Assembly (NCBI GenBank): GCA_044892505.1 | Contig: CM097883.1 | Span: forward strand, 147,994,001 to 148,058,000 | Reading direction: 5' to 3' | From: Schmidtea nova | Lineage: Eukaryota | DNA: 64,000 bases | Notes under the pieces: model-generated | The model's input: the letters and a program-made list of their open reading frames with translations, nothing else | Told to the model about the DNA's origin: nothing | Database searches by the model: none | Position numbers and translations under genes: made by a program | Part shown: piece by piece, positions 35,859 to 50,121 of the stretch | Layout: every line of letters starts with the position of its first letter | Position numbering within the stretch: position 1 is the first letter of the stretch

Positions 35859-36294
35859 CCCTTTCAAGGCAGTCGGTTATCTGAGAAAACCTCCCATTCA
35901 AAAATTGTTTTATATCTTCCTACTGGTTTTCTCAACTAGCCACGGCGTTAAATGTGTTGTCTATATGGTACTTTTAATGCAAACTATGCGTTTCGCGTAA
36001 TATTTTTATTGTGATAATTAAAATAACAAAATAATTAAATGTTTATCGAATTTCGAAATGTTATATTTTGAATATAAATAAAGTTTATAAAAAACCTATT
36101 ATTTTTGTTTTGCCCCATTTGCTGTCAGGAGGTCTCGTGAGATAACCGGGTCCTGCAGGATAACGTGAATAATTTTGTTTCATTATACTAGTTTTCTATG
36201 TTTTATTTGTTTATATTAAACCAGTAAATATGCCCTATTCATTAATTTTCACGAAAAAATAATTTCAAGAAAAAATAATTCAGCCCTCAAAGGG
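35859..36294. mobile_element. piggyBac-type MITE
   Basis: TTAA-CCCTTTCAAGGC ... GCCCTCAAAGGG-TTAA: TTAA target sites and CCCTT TIRs. Confidence 0.8.
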
Positions 36295-36536
36295 TTAAAA
36301 TAAATTTCTTTTAAAAATATTTTTTTATGGTTTTTATGACATATTAAATATAGAAAAAAAATTTTCACAAGAAGCGCTCGATGCTTTGAATTCATCTCTT
36401 CCAGCAAATGCCAACCCTGGTCTTATTTGTTTGATTATAAGCTTTTCTTAACCTTATGTTAATAAAAATAAATATTTTACAGTGTTTTAAATAAGGTTAA
36501 ATTTTAAAAAGAAAAATTTCAAACATGTTTAATAGG

Positions 36537-37874
36537 TAGGGTGACCAGATGTGACTATTTTCAACGGACAGTCCGTTTTTTTCATCTCTTGTCCGTTGTA
36601 CGTTTTTACAAAGATTTAGTCCGTTGTACGTTTTTACAAAGATTTAGTCCGTTTTTTTCATGAAGAGTTTAAAATTTTTTGTTTTACAAATTATTTTTGT
36701 ACTTAGTTTAATTAACTTTAAAAAACTTTAGATGTGAAATATAATATTGTGATGCAATTAAATTTCTAACGATCTAATGAAATTTAAATTTTCTGTTGGT
36801 GGAAAAAGTGCATAGTTTCTACATAAGAATTACCCTGATTTTTTACCATATTTGATTCAACAGTGAAAATTAATTATTTTCTGTAATTTAAGTTATTTAA
36901 TTGTCAAGTGAGTGTATACAATTAACTATTATAACTTGCCAACCATTAACTATCATATTAAAATAAAGCTAATGAACCGTAAGTACAATTTTAATTAATC
37001 TAAAATTTCATTTTACTCATTTTTGATCTGTGAAAATTTCTTTTTATTTTTTAGCGCAATGTCTGAGAAGAGAAGAAAAACTTCTTTTAATGTAAACTAC
37101 ACGACTGAATTTCCATTTATAACGAAAGTGGATAAGGATGATTTTAAAGCGTATTGCTCAATATGCTGTACAAAATTTTCAATTTTCTCTGGCGGTCACA
37201 GAGATATTACTCAACATGCTAATAGCAAACGCCATAAAGCATCTTTAGAAGCTGGATCATCTAGCAAGAAAGTCAACGACCTTTTCGAGAAAATTGAGGC
37301 AAATAAAGATGAGTTGAGTCTTGCAGCAAGAGTCAACGATTGCATTTCATACAGCAAAACATCACTTCTCTTTTCGTTCAAATGACTGTACTGCAGGTTT
37401 AATAAGACATTTTTTTGATACGAAATTTTCATTGGGACGTACAAAGACAGCCGTACTTATTAAAAAAGTTATTGCTCCGTATGTTGACAATATTATGAGA
37501 GATGCTCTAAATAAACGAACATTCACATCAATCATGACGGACACATAATCATAAAAATATCAAGATGCTTCCTATTGTAATCCGTTTCTTTGATCCTCTA
37601 AAAGGTGTAAATCATTGGAAAGCCTCAATTGCATCAATTCCGAATGACAATTCTCCAAAATAATAATAATATAATTATAATAAATAATATAATAAATAAT
37701 ATAATTTCAAGTGAAAAATACTTAAAAAAATAAAGACTTTATAAACCGTTGTTAACTTTTGGAGTTTAAAATATATTATTTCATTATATAACTGTTGCAT
37801 TTTATCAGTTTATGTAAATGTCCGTTTTTTCTTGAAAATGTCGGTTTTTTATCAAAAATCCTCTGGCCACCTTT
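36537..37874 (+). mobile_element. Internally deleted hAT element with the N-terminal transposase part (37059-37600)
   Basis: Perfect TSD TTAATAGG; TIRs TAGGGTGACCAGA / CTCTGGCCACCT; Zn finger YCSIC...HANSKRH similar in type to the 23205-25166 transposase. Confidence 0.88.
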
Positions 37875-38614
37875 TTAATAGGTCACATTAAGTTTGTACA
37901 GTTATTTGTTTTAAAACTTTGATTAAAAATGCATATTTAAAAGATATTTATATTTTTATTATGCATATTTTATGAGAATAAAATGGATCTTTAGAACATG
38001 TTTTAAGCCCTTTTAACATAATTTTCAGAACAGATTTTTGATTGTCAAACTAATCACAGTGCAACCGTATCTCTAAAAAGAAAGGTGATGGATTTTATAT
38101 AATTACAAGAGATACCATGTCAACCAGTAAAGATGAGATTTTGTAGAGTTAAAAAATACTTTAAAAATACGAGGAAAACTTTCGGTAAAATTTTCCAAAT
38201 TATGTACCACAAGTATTTAGGTGGCCTCGTTGCTCGAAATCAAAAATTAAATAATATATTTCAAATACTTCCGTTTGAACTGAAATATTTTCATGAAGTA
38301 TTTATCTTTTTGTTGAAATTTTTTTTAAAACTGAATTCATTTTGCATCCTATACTAATATCCCCCTCCACCCGCTATAGATTCAATGCTAACTACGGCTC
38401 TGTTCTGATTATGTTTGATGACATTTATTCTTAGCATTGATTAGTTTTTTATTGACATCTCTTATGTAAATTTGATTCTGATTATTAATAGCGTTGATTG
38501 GAATTTATTACGTACAATTGCGTACATAATTAAAATTAATTTCTCATTGCATTATAATATTTAATATTTAAAATATATTCCATAATTTAGTAAACAGGAC
38601 ATTAAAAAGAAAAT

Positions 38615-38826
38615 ATGGCTATAGTAAAGAATAGGGGGGTACCAAAAAATAAATAAATATATTTATTATNNNNNNNNNNNNNNNNNNNNNNNNNNNNNNN
38701 NNNNNNNNNNNNNNNNNNNNNNNNNNNNNNNNNNNNNNNNNNNNNNNNNNNNNNNNNNNNNNNNNNNNNNNNNNNNNNNNNNNNNNNNNNNNNNNNNNGT
38801 ACCCCCTTATTCTTTACTAGAGCCGA
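38615..38826. mobile_element. MITE-like inverted repeat spanning an assembly gap (N 38670-38798)
   Basis: GGCTATAGTAAAGAATAGGGGGGTAC versus GTACCCCCTTATTCTTTACTAGAGCC. Confidence 0.55.
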
Positions 38827-39129
38827 AAATATTTTTATTCATATAAACCTTTTTTTTCATTGGTAAACAAATAGTCATGAATACGAGAGTAGTTTTGTAA
38901 AAATTACCAAAATATCTTGCGATTGATTTCTCTAAATCGTGGAAGCCATAGAAAAAATAACAGTTCAACTGACAAATGCTACAGGTGGAAAACATTGTAT
39001 TGCAAAAGCAACATATCAATATTTTGCTTTATATTTAACATAAATTTTCGTCACAGCCTTTGTATAAGCCTGAAATTATTGATAAATATACAACAAATGT
39101 TAATCCATAGTCTATAAAAAAAGAAACGA

Positions 39130-40600
39130 ATTTTTGGTCTGATATTTTTGAATAGGATTTTTTGGTTTCAATATTTTGTACATGATTTTCAACTCCCATA
39201 TTTTTCTCGGGCAAAAAGGGGTTCTGGGTTTTTTGTACAGGGGAATTTGGTCGGGTTTTTGTATTAGATTTTTTGGTCTGATATTTTTAAATAGGATTTT
39301 CTACTCTCACAATTTCTTCAGACAAGAAAGGGACTCTGGGTTTTTTGTACAGGGAATTTTGGTCGGGGTATTTGTATTAGATTTTTTGGTCCCAGTATTT
39401 TTAACAGGTAATTTTTGTCTGATATTTTCAATAGGATTTTCAACTCCCACCAATTCTCGGACAAAAAGGGACTCTGCTAATTTTAAACTTAAATATAAAT
39501 TTTAAAAGTAAATAAAAAATACTTGTAAATTTTTTAAACAAGTAAAATAGATTTAAATTATTTCGAATAGGATTTTCTACTCTCATATTTTTCTTGGGCA
39601 AAAAGAGACTTTTTGAATATAGATTTTAATGTTAAATAAAAAACACGTGTAAATATTTTAAACAATTAAAATACATTGAAATCATTTCTAATATGATTTT
39701 ATACTCACACAATTTCTGCGGCAAGAATAGGGCTCTGGTAATTTTAACTGAAATTTTAAAATATAGATTTTTAATGGTAAATAAAAAACACGTGAAAAAT
39801 TGTTTTAAACAAGTAAAATAGATTGAAATAATTTTGAATATGATTTTCAACTCCCACAATTTCTTCAGGCAAGAAAGGGACTCTGGTAATTTTGAACTGA
39901 AATTTAAAATAAAGATTTAAGAAAAAAGGGTAATAAACACGTGGTTAAATTAATATAGGCAATAAAACATGGAGAATTTTACAAAGACAAAAGTATGACA
40001 TAATATTTTAAACTTATTGAAAAAAAGGTAAACCTAATCAAGCACTGAGTTTAATTGACATAATTTTTAAAATTTATTAAAAAAAGGGTAAAATTCGGGC
40101 AATTTGAGAGTTAAAATGACAAAATATGAAAAAAAATTAAAATAAGTACGAAATATTTTGGGAAATCTGAGAGTGGGTAAAATTAAAAAAAATATTTTTA
40201 AGTAAATTCATTTAAAATATTTTTAGCAAATTATTTTAAGTAAAGTATTTCAATTCAAGTAAAATTATTATAAATTTTTTTACTGAAATTTTAAAGTACT
40301 AAATAAAAAACACATGTAAATAAATTGTATTGAATAATAATTTTATCACAAAAATTTATTTTAAGAATATAAAACATAGTAACATAATTTTTAAAAAATA
40401 AGGAAGCTGTGAGTTTTAAAAATAAATTTTTAAAAAAAATTGAGTGGGTATATTTTTTATAAAAATTTTTACAACGCTAATAATTAGAACTCTTAACAAA
40501 TAAAAATTTTCTGTATACAAAAAAATTAAAAACTAATATCAAATACAAGACTTTATTCATTAAAGTTTTTTTATTAATATATTTTTCTTAATTCCGCCAA
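39130..40600. repeat. Degenerate repeat arrays related to the 45254-48273 element
   Basis: Shares TTTCGGGCAAAAAGGGACTCTG and TTTTGAATAGGATTTT units with 45500-45900; ~39940-40000 is inverted relative to ~47900-47950. Confidence 0.7.
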
Positions 40601-41498
40601 AAGAATATGCATAATTTATTTTTTCTTATATTATTGGCAACATCTACATCTGAATGGACATGGAATTTTTAGTGGATCAACGCAAACACTAAAATCTTTA
40701 TCGCATTTAAATCTATTTCCTTGAACAGATTCGTAATGTAAACGAATTATTTTTTCAATGTTGATGCCAGTTATCTGGTATATTCTGAAGCAAAAAAGCT
40801 CTGGTGCACAATATGAAAGCTTATATTTTAAAATAGGATACAGATCTTCCATTTTTTGAAAGTATTGTTTCAAATACATATGTTTTGTCTGTCATTTTGA
40901 ATTTTATATTTTTTGTAAATCAACAATTAATTTAATTAATTAATTAAATTATAAACACTTATTGAATATATAATAAAAATTACAAGAAATCTTCATCGGT
41001 TATAGGATTTTCAATTAATGATTTTATATAATTTTGAATTTTTTGTACATGTGTATAATAATCTAATAATCTTATTACTAATATTACAACTTTCCCGCTT
41101 CAAAATACATTGACACATAAAGGATTGAATTATATCAGCAGGGAATATTTCCAGTTCCTTGCTTTCCCAGCAATATAATTCAAATCAATAAAAGTTCCAA
41201 TATTAATAGTGACTGTTATATTTGTGTATTTGCAAATATTGAATTTTGTACTTGAGATCGCCTTCTTGTAATGGTTTCTTGCACCCTATTATCCTACCTT
41301 TGCCAGATTCGAAAAAGAGGATTGGATACTTGCCGCTTCGATCTACTACCTGTTTCAGTTTTCCGTTGGGAATTTTCATTCCGTCTACTGAACATCGTCC
41401 TTTATAATTCATATTTCTCAACATTTTTGAAAAATCTAACAAATATAAACAATAATAATAATAATTAAATAATAAATTAAAAAATGAATTAAGAAATG

Positions 41499-42023
41499 AT
41501 GCAGTTTATTAAATAGTAGGACCTAGCGGGAGTAGGAAAACCATATTTTTATGTTAATTTTTACAATAAAAAATGTTTAAATCGAAATTCAATAAAATGT
41601 ATTAGCACAGAGAAACCGATGAAGAATATGAATTAACTTAAGATCAATTTTGTACATTAAAAATAACTATTAAAAAAGGGTTTGATAAAAATTGGTCATC
41701 TAGATTATGACAAGGTGATGTTATAATTATTGATGATTTGTATCAAGAAGCCAATAAAGAAAAAGATTTTAATATTTTATTTAGAAAAATTAGTAGAAAT
41801 TTGGGTGTTATAGTTATTTTCATTACTCAATATTTATTCCATCAAGGCGGTAGTTATAGAACTCGGAATCTAAATTTTGCAATACTTGGTTATATTCAAA
41901 AACACACGAGATGCAACATTTATTGATTTTTTTGCTAGACAGGCTTACCCTAATGATAGAAAATTTTTACTTGATTCATTTAAAGATGCACACGGATATT
42001 TATTTTTTGATTTTGATATTTGA
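41499..42023 (+). pseudogene. Maverick/Polinton packaging ATPase (A32-like) remnant
   Basis: VGPSGSRKT (Walker A-like), VIIIDDLY (Walker B), ISRNLGVIVIFITQYLF and FARQAYPNDRKFLLDSFKDAHGYLFFDF; contains several stops and frameshifts. Confidence 0.75.
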
Positions 42024-45000
42024 TGAAATATTTTAATATTAAAAAGATCTTGATCACTTCAATACGAAATTCTTTCAAATTGACTTATCAGTTTTTTCTC
42101 CCGAATTCTGATTTATTTTAAAGTATTTAAGTAGATTCAATAAATTATAACACTTTAAAAATTTTTAAAATAAGATTTCTTTTCGAGATATTTATAAAAA
42201 GAGCATTTTATTAAAAAATATTTTAATTTTATATGATATTTTTTAATTTTTTAAAATCTTCAAATTTATTGAAGATTGAAAACATTTTTATTTTGTAATA
42301 AATTTCAATTTTAAATTTCAATTATTCTCAAGAATGAGTATTAATTTGTTTAACTAATTTATATTAAATCAGAATTCAAGAGCAAGATAATATTCAGCAT
42401 GAAACGAGAAGTCAATTGGAAAGAATTTCGTATTGGAGTGATTAGTATCTTTTTAAGATCGAAATATTTTATCGAATAAACATTGCGGAGAAATGCTTAT
42501 TATAATAAACGAAATCCTTCCCAAAGTCCCAATAACCAAAATCAATCAAATTATTAAAACCGTTTATATTGGATAAACTGTTATTTTGATGAATATAAAA
42601 GTCACAAGCTTACCTGACCGACTGATAAGCTTGGATCAAAATTCAAAATGGTCAGTAATTAATTTTAGAATCGAATTTTATTTCAGTATATTCGGTTTGA
42701 TGCAATAAATTGAACTAATTCGTGATGATAAGCGCATTATCCAGACGTTTCACCCGATTGTCAATTGGCATCCGATTTATTATCAATAAAGGCACCCGAT
42801 GTTTATGTTTATTGTTATCTATTTGTATTATTGAATAATTAATTATAATGATATTCTTTAGGTTGAATTCGCGTATTTAACTAATAATATCGTTTTAAAA
42901 AAATGTTTTGATTAATTAATTTGATTGATTTGATTTTAATTAATTAATTGAAAATAATGAACTCATATTTAAACTAAAGGAAATGCGATGAAATTCTTTG
43001 TTTTTTGAAATTGTTTTCATTGGATTTTTACTAAAAATTATTTTAAAAATTAATATAAAAATAAAACAATAGCCAGTAGACAAATATATTAGACAAGCAA
43101 AATTTTTAATAATTTTTTCTATCAAAATCTGTCTCGATTTTTAAATAAATTTAAATAGTTTTTTTCGATATTTCTTTGGTAGAAAATTTGAAAATTTTTC
43201 TTACTCTTCTGAAGCTTGGAATCAAATGTTTGACTTCATATACCGAGCACAGGGATCACATTATGTTTGATTTGTGTAAAATTGTCATGTTGTTTCATTT
43301 CAAAAAATTATAAAAAAATTGTATTTAAAAATTTTCAAGAATTCTAAATAGGCGCTAGTCAATTTACAGGGGAAATAAGATCAAAGTAGGTTAAAAAGGG
43401 TTTGTGAGATGTTTAAAACTACTCTAAAGATTTTTATAAAATTATTTTAATAAAATAAAAGTATTTTTCAAAGAAAATATCTCGTTTAAAATAAAAATGA
43501 TTATCAGTAAAGATTTTAATAATTAGAATATTTAAAATCAAATTTAAAATGTACTGTAAAGAATCTTATTAAAGTTTTTATTAAATATATAGGTTTATTA
43601 AAATATAGCTGAAATTAATTAAAAAATCGTATGTTGAATGTATGTATGAATGTTCTGTATGAAAACTCTGTCAAGAAAAATGACATATTTATTTGAATCT
43701 CCTAACGTTGTTTTAATAATTGTGGTAAAAAATACAGTTTTGAAATTTTGTGAATTTAATTAATTATTTAATGATTGACGCAATTAATACCCGAAGATCG
43801 GGAAAATAAGATACTAACAGGGTTAAAGTCTTTGATTTAGTTAAATAATATGCTTTGATTAAAATATTAATCTAATCAAATTAAAGTAAAAATAAATTCA
43901 ATTTTACTGATCCCTAAAATATTTAACTATAAAATATTTCTATAAATGTAAGATTAAAGCTGTATAGTTTTCTAAAGAAACTTTCAGATTTTTGCTGAAT
44001 TATATCAGACGATTGGAAGACTAATCATGATCAAATTATATGCAAATATACACTATACCAGCGGTTGGAAACCCAAATGGCATTGGCGTGTCACAAAATA
44101 GATAATTAAAACTTCTGCACATTAAGCATGCCACCAAAAAACAAAAACCATTATATCTGAAGATAATTTTATTGGTGTAGTAAAGTTTATTACAAAAATA
44201 TTTACTCTAACAATATACGTTTTAACCAGATTTCCAAATGTTTATTTAAGGAGTAAATAATTGTATAGAGCTGATGCAAATGTTCACAAAGCAACTTTAT
44301 ATCAACATTCAAGTGAAAAGTGTCGCCGGCAGCTCCGGTAGCAAGAGCACATGCCTCTATAACAGTCACGTATGAAATGGAAGGGCATTCCGTCGCGATT
44401 GTCGGCATATCTTTTCAAGTATTTCACAATTATTAGACAATACTTCATAAGTTGGGAAATATTTCATATGTTATGTAATGATTATGTGACCGTTACACAA
44501 TGATTTATTTATTATGTAATTGATGACGTAATTCTTTTTTTAATTTTATTTAATTTTTCAAAATCTTTGCAAAAAATATAAAATTAAAAAAATGTTCTAA
44601 TTATGTTCTAATTAAACTTTAAAAATAAAAGTTACTAAAATTAGAAATAAATACATAAAAATTACTAAAAATAGGTAATTAATAAAATACAATATAAATA
44701 GTATATTAATGTAACTAAAAATAAAATAAATATAAATTTAGCATTTTAAAATTATTAATTAAAATATTGTTTTAATATAAATAAGGTCAGCAAGACCAGT
44801 GGCGGCAGTTAGAAAATTTGGTTGATTTGTGAAAAATCTGACATTTAACAAACCAGGTATATTACTTATGTTTGTATCTAGTAATATTTAAGAAAAGAAT
44901 AAATCGATAGAGATCGCCTATAAAAAGAAAGGAAAATTCAAACAGAGGCAGTTAAAAAACAGAGTGGAATTTGAAGAAATTGATTTTATAATCCGACCAA

Positions 45001-45253
45001 GTGTAAATAACTTGTGGAGGATTTTCCAGGACAAGATTTCAGTTGTATCAAACCTATTGCTTTGTGAAGCTATTAAGAAGATATTTAAGAAGTAAAGCTC
45101 AGAGCAGCATTAAGGATTTATTGTTATTAAAATTAATATAGTTTAAAATTAAACGTAAGTCAACAGTTCGATTTGTTGTGCTTACCTGGGTTGCGCCAAA
45201 CTTAATCTCACTTGCCCCTCTTTGTTTTATTAGGACGGTGTGAGCACCTAGAA

Positions 45254-48200
45254 AGTAGGTAGTTAGTGGATCCCCAACCCACTGGCTCCCAAGGCCACCA
45301 CCCCTAGAAAAAAATTTTTGAAGTGGCTTGGAAAGCCACTATGTTTTTTGGTCGATCTTTTGTATAGGACATTTTTGTCGGTCTTTTGTACAGGTGGCTT
45401 GGAAAGCCACTATGTTTTTGGGTCAATCTTTTGTATAGGAAATTTTTGTCGGTCTTTTGAATAGGAAAATTTTTGTCGGTCTTTTGAATAGGATTTTCTA
45501 TTCTGAGATTTTTCTCGGGCAAAAAGGGAAACTGGATTTTTGTACAGGTGAGTTAGAAAGCCACTATGTGTTTTAGTCTGGTATTTTGTATAGGATTTTT
45601 GTCGGTCTTTTGAATAGGATTTTCTATTCCGAGATTTTTTTCGGGCAAAAAGGGACTCTGAAATTTTGTACAGGATTTTGAACAGGGATTTTTGGTCTGG
45701 TATTTTTGAATAGGGAATTTTGGGTCGATCTTTTGTATAGGAAATTTTTGTCGATCTTTTGAATAGGATTTTCTACTCCCAGATTTTTTTCGGGCAAAAA
45801 GGGACTCTGAAATTTTGTACAGGGATTTTGAACAGGGATTTTTGGTCTGGTATTTTTGAATAGGATTTTTGGTCTGGTTATTTTGAATTGGCCTGTTTGT
45901 TAACTAAGGGGATTGGATTAATTGATATCTAGTTGGTTAATGTAAAGAACTAGTTGGTTAACATGTAGAAGTAGTTGGTTAATGTGTAAAACTACTTGAT
46001 AGGTAAGTATTTGGTTACTGACTGGTTAGTATGTATAGAGTGGGTAGTTGATTGGTGATTTGTGAATAGAGTTAGTTGGTTAATACGAAGAGTTAGTTGG
46101 TTGGTGTGTAGAACTAGTTAGTAAGTAATGAATTGGTTGCCGGTTAGTATGTTTAGATAGTTAGTTGATGTAGTTGGTTGTTGGTATAGGAATAATGAAT
46201 AGAACCAATTATTTGGTGTGTATAACTAGTTGGTTGGTGTATATAACTAGTTAGTAAGTAAGGAATTGGCCTGTTTGTTAACTAAGGGGATTGGATTAAT
46301 TGATATCTAATTAATAGGAAGAGATAATTGATTGACATATGGAACAATTTCCTAGTTGGTTAATACGAAGAGTTAGTTGGTTGGTGTGTAGAACTAGTCG
46401 GTTGTTCATTTATGGATAGAGTCAGTTGGTATCTGATCATAAGCTATTCAGTTGTTGATTTATGTGTGTGTAATGAGATTATTAGTTAGTTGATCGGTTT
46501 ATTGTTGGTACTTAGATTGATTGATAAGTGTTACTTATTATTTTTATTATTATTATTATTTTACTTGTTCCCATATTTTCAATTATTACATTTATTTTTA
46601 AAAGTTTATGTCATTAATCAATATTTTTTAACTTAGTATACTAAATTGTAACAACTCTTGGTTAATAACTACTTTTATTCTAAATAAATTTAATATTTAC
46701 ATGTGTTTTATTTACTACATTTATTTGTTGTTATTTGATTATTTCCTTAAAAATATTCATTAGTTAAAAATTTTACTTGTGAAAAATATTTACTTGTGAA
46801 AAAATATTTACTTTGATTTTATTGTTAAAAATTTCTACATTACCTTTATTTTTAAAAGGTTTTACTTTAAAGAATTTCAAAAATATTTAATTATTCTTAC
46901 ATTTTTCAAATATTACATTAAAAAGTTCATTTAAAGCCAATTCATTTTAAAATTATGACATTAAAACTCAAGTCTTTCTTAATTTACTTATTTAAAAAAA
47001 ATTATTTGCTTATAATTCTATTTATCTTTAAATTCTTAATTTATTTTAAAAATTTTATCTTTAATTTATTTACTTTACCATTTTTCATAAATCCAGTACA
47101 AATTATTTTAAAATTCAAACTTTAATTTACTTATTATTTCCATGCTTTTTATTTAATGTACCATTTTATTTAATAAATTCAATACAAAAATATTGAGTGA
47201 ATTATTTACTGAGTTTGGAAATTCATATAGAAATTACTTACTTTTTTATTTAATTATCATAAATTTATTTAGAATTAATTATTTAGTTTAAAATTTTTTT
47301 TAATATTTCCACGTTTTTTATGTACTTTACCCTTTTTTACTGAGACTGACATTTCCTGTATAAAATTTTGATTTTTTCATGATTTTGATTTTTTGACTTA
47401 TTATTCGCCTTTCAATTCTCAGTAGATTGGTATAAAAATTATTGAATTCTGACAACTTTTTAATTTTTGGAAATTCCCAGACCAAACACTTTTCTTTTGA
47501 CTGAATTAACAAGTATATATATATATTACAACAAAACCTTTCTTGAATAAAATTAGTATTTGAAATTTGATTTGTATTGTTTAATTTTTATTTGGTAAAA
47601 AATTTTATTTGTCGATTAATTTTTATTTGGTAAAAATTTTTATTTGTTAAGACTTTTATTAGTTTGAAAATTTCATTTTGTGAAAAAAAAATTTAATTTT
47701 ATATTTAAAAATTTACCAACTCTGAGTTTGCCAAAGAATTTCGTACTTATTTTTAAAATTTTTCATATTATGTCATTTCAACTCTCAGTTTGCCTTACTT
47801 TTACCCTTTTTAATTAAAGTTTAAATATTATGTCATTTGAACTCTGACTTTGCCTTAATTTTACCCTTTTTATAAAATTTTAAATATTATGTCATTTTTT
47901 TGTCTTTGTAAAATTCTCTATGTTTTATTGCCTATTTAATTTAACCATTTAAATCTATTTATCATTTTTCTAAATTTACATGTGTTTTTTATTTATCATA
48001 AAAATTTCAGTATAAAAAAGTTTATTGAATTTAGTTTAAGATTTTATAAAAATTGTATAAAAAATACTTTTTGCCCGAGAAAAATCTCGGAATAGAAAAT
48101 CCTATTCAAAAGACCGACAAAAATTTTCCTATTCAAAAGACCGACAAAAATTTCCTATACAAAAGATCGACAAAAAAACATAGTGGCTTTCCAAGCCACC

Positions 48201-48273
48201 TGTACAAAAGACCGACAAAAATTTCCTATACAAAAGATCGACCAAAAAACATAGTGGCCACTAACTACCTACT
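45254..48273. mobile_element. Non-autonomous Maverick/Polinton-type element
   Basis: Termini AGTAGGTAGTTAGTGG / CCACTAACTACCTACT; 6-bp TSD CTAGAA/CTAGCA; repeat-rich TIRs of roughly 200 bp (45340-45520 inverted at 48050-48257); no coding capacity. Confidence 0.78.
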
Positions 48274-48510
48274 CTAGCACCACCGGTTCAAATCTTGTTA
48301 AATCTTTTGCGGTATTTAATACCATTTTATTGTAAACGCTTTTAAAATATTCTTTTGTACACATCATAAATTCAAATATAAATATTACTTGAACACTTCC
48401 TTTTTATTTATTTATATTTATTTATTTATATATCTTTTCTTTTGGACTCAGACCTGTGTTAAGGTCGAGATATCCCCAAATTATTTATATACTTAACGAT
48501 CTTAACATTT

Positions 48511-48528
48511 TAGTGAGCCCGACGTGAT
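48511..48528 (+). promoter_or_regulatory. Degenerate PBS, tRNA-Trp-like (element 2)
   Basis: TAGTGAGCCCGACGTGAT, two mismatches to TGGTGACCCCGACGTGAT, following an LTR-like end ...CTTAACA at 48507. Confidence 0.7.
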
Positions 48529-48598
48529 AAAACTCCGGGGGATAGAACAAAGTTGAGCTAAGAAAGTGTTGAATTTTGAATAGGGGTAATATAATTAA

Positions 48599-50121
48599 TA
48601 TGGCGCAAAATCAAGCAGAAACACAGGCACCCGCAGGGGAATTTTTTCGACATCCAACTATTCCAATTTTACCTTACAATAGGAACCCAAGGGATTTTCC
48701 AGAATTCATGTCGGAATATTTTCAACTTGCTCGAGCTTTAGGCTTACCAGAAGCCGTAATGATATTGAGACTACCACTATATTTAAAAGGGCTAGCACGA
48801 GAGCAGTACAATGATATAATAGCAGCAAATAATCCACGAGCATGGAATGATTTAAGGGTGGCTTTGACAAACCGTATTTTACCCGGCGATGCTACGCGCA
48901 TATTGCGACAACAATTCTATAATAAAAAGCAAAACCCAGAGGAGTACGTAGAGGAATACGCTTACCAAATAATGATGTTAGCAGAGCGTGCATTTGGGGC
49001 TAGAGCAGGATGGAACGATATCACCAGAGCTCTAGTAAAAGATCAATTATGGGCAGGATTCACCCCAGCGATGAGAAATGCGTTAAGTTTGTATGTAGGA
49101 GATGCATACGAGGAGCTTGTACAAAAAGCAATTTTAATTGAAAGTAGTCTTGAAAAATCAACTAGTTTATTAGTAAATAAAAGAAAAACAGACACGGAAT
49201 GTTTCAATTGCCATAAAAGAGGGCATATAGCTAAAGAGTTCAGGAGTAAGAAACCTATTAACAATAACAATTTCAAGCAAGTTACATTGCACAAATTGCG
49301 GTAGAAATAACCACGAGACACGAGATTGCAGATGTTCCGACTTGAGTTGCTAAAAATGTAAACTTAGAGGTCATGTTGCGTCAGAATGTAGAGCGCGCAG
49401 TCCTGCATGAACAAATAAATATAAAATGAACCATAAAGATAGTAATAATAATAGTAAAGGGGAAAACCGAAATACTGGGTTTAATATAATAAAGAGTGAT
49501 GAGATAAATTCCACAGGGAAATTAAAATGTCATAAATGTGGTAAATTTGGACATATACAACGATCTTGTCCGTTAAATAATAGTAATACTGGCTCTAAAA
49601 ATAATGATAACAGACAACAACGATCCGTGTGTTTAGTTAATCAGGAACAAAATTTAACTTATCTACAACAGTTAGAACTCGAATTGCAAGAGGAGAAAAA
49701 TCGATTAGCACGGATAACTCTGCAAAGTGATAATAGCATACATACTGTTTTCCGGGATAACGGCGAGGAACCCGACTCGGATAATAGTGAGGGAGAGGGT
49801 TGTCTACAGACAGCATCCGAACAAGTATTATCTAATGATAGCGAATCCGAACTCAGTATGGGGAAAATACTAGAGGAATTCGATGAGACAACTAGAAAAG
49901 GGTTGAACAAAGGAAAAAATCTTGTACAGAGATGTAAAGAACTGGCGAACTCCAGCCAAGAGTCCCAGAAAAAATTAAAAAGGAAACTAGAGGAAATAGC
50001 ATGCAGCAAGATGCGAGAGAGGGAAATCGATGACGCATTGCAAATTATAGCATTAACCCAAGGAGAGAAATGCTATCACTCACTGCTATCGAGAATTAGG
50101 AGGAAATTAGGAGCCAAATAG
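48599..50121 (+). pseudogene. gag of element 2 (frameshifted)
   Basis: ILRLPLYLKGLAREQYN parallels element 1 KRRIPLYLKGYALQAYN; CCHC knuckles. Confidence 0.85.

Noticed and set aside
45304-45900. Repeat array resembling a CRISPR, and ORFs 45304-45522 and 48053-48277
   Set aside because: The units are degenerate tandem repeats without unique spacers, in a eukaryotic TIR element; the ORFs are repeat translations.
48457-48507. TGTTAAG...CTTAACA as a complete 51-bp LTR for element 2
   Set aside because: Too short, and there is no 3' partner in the window; more likely the U5 end of a longer truncated LTR.
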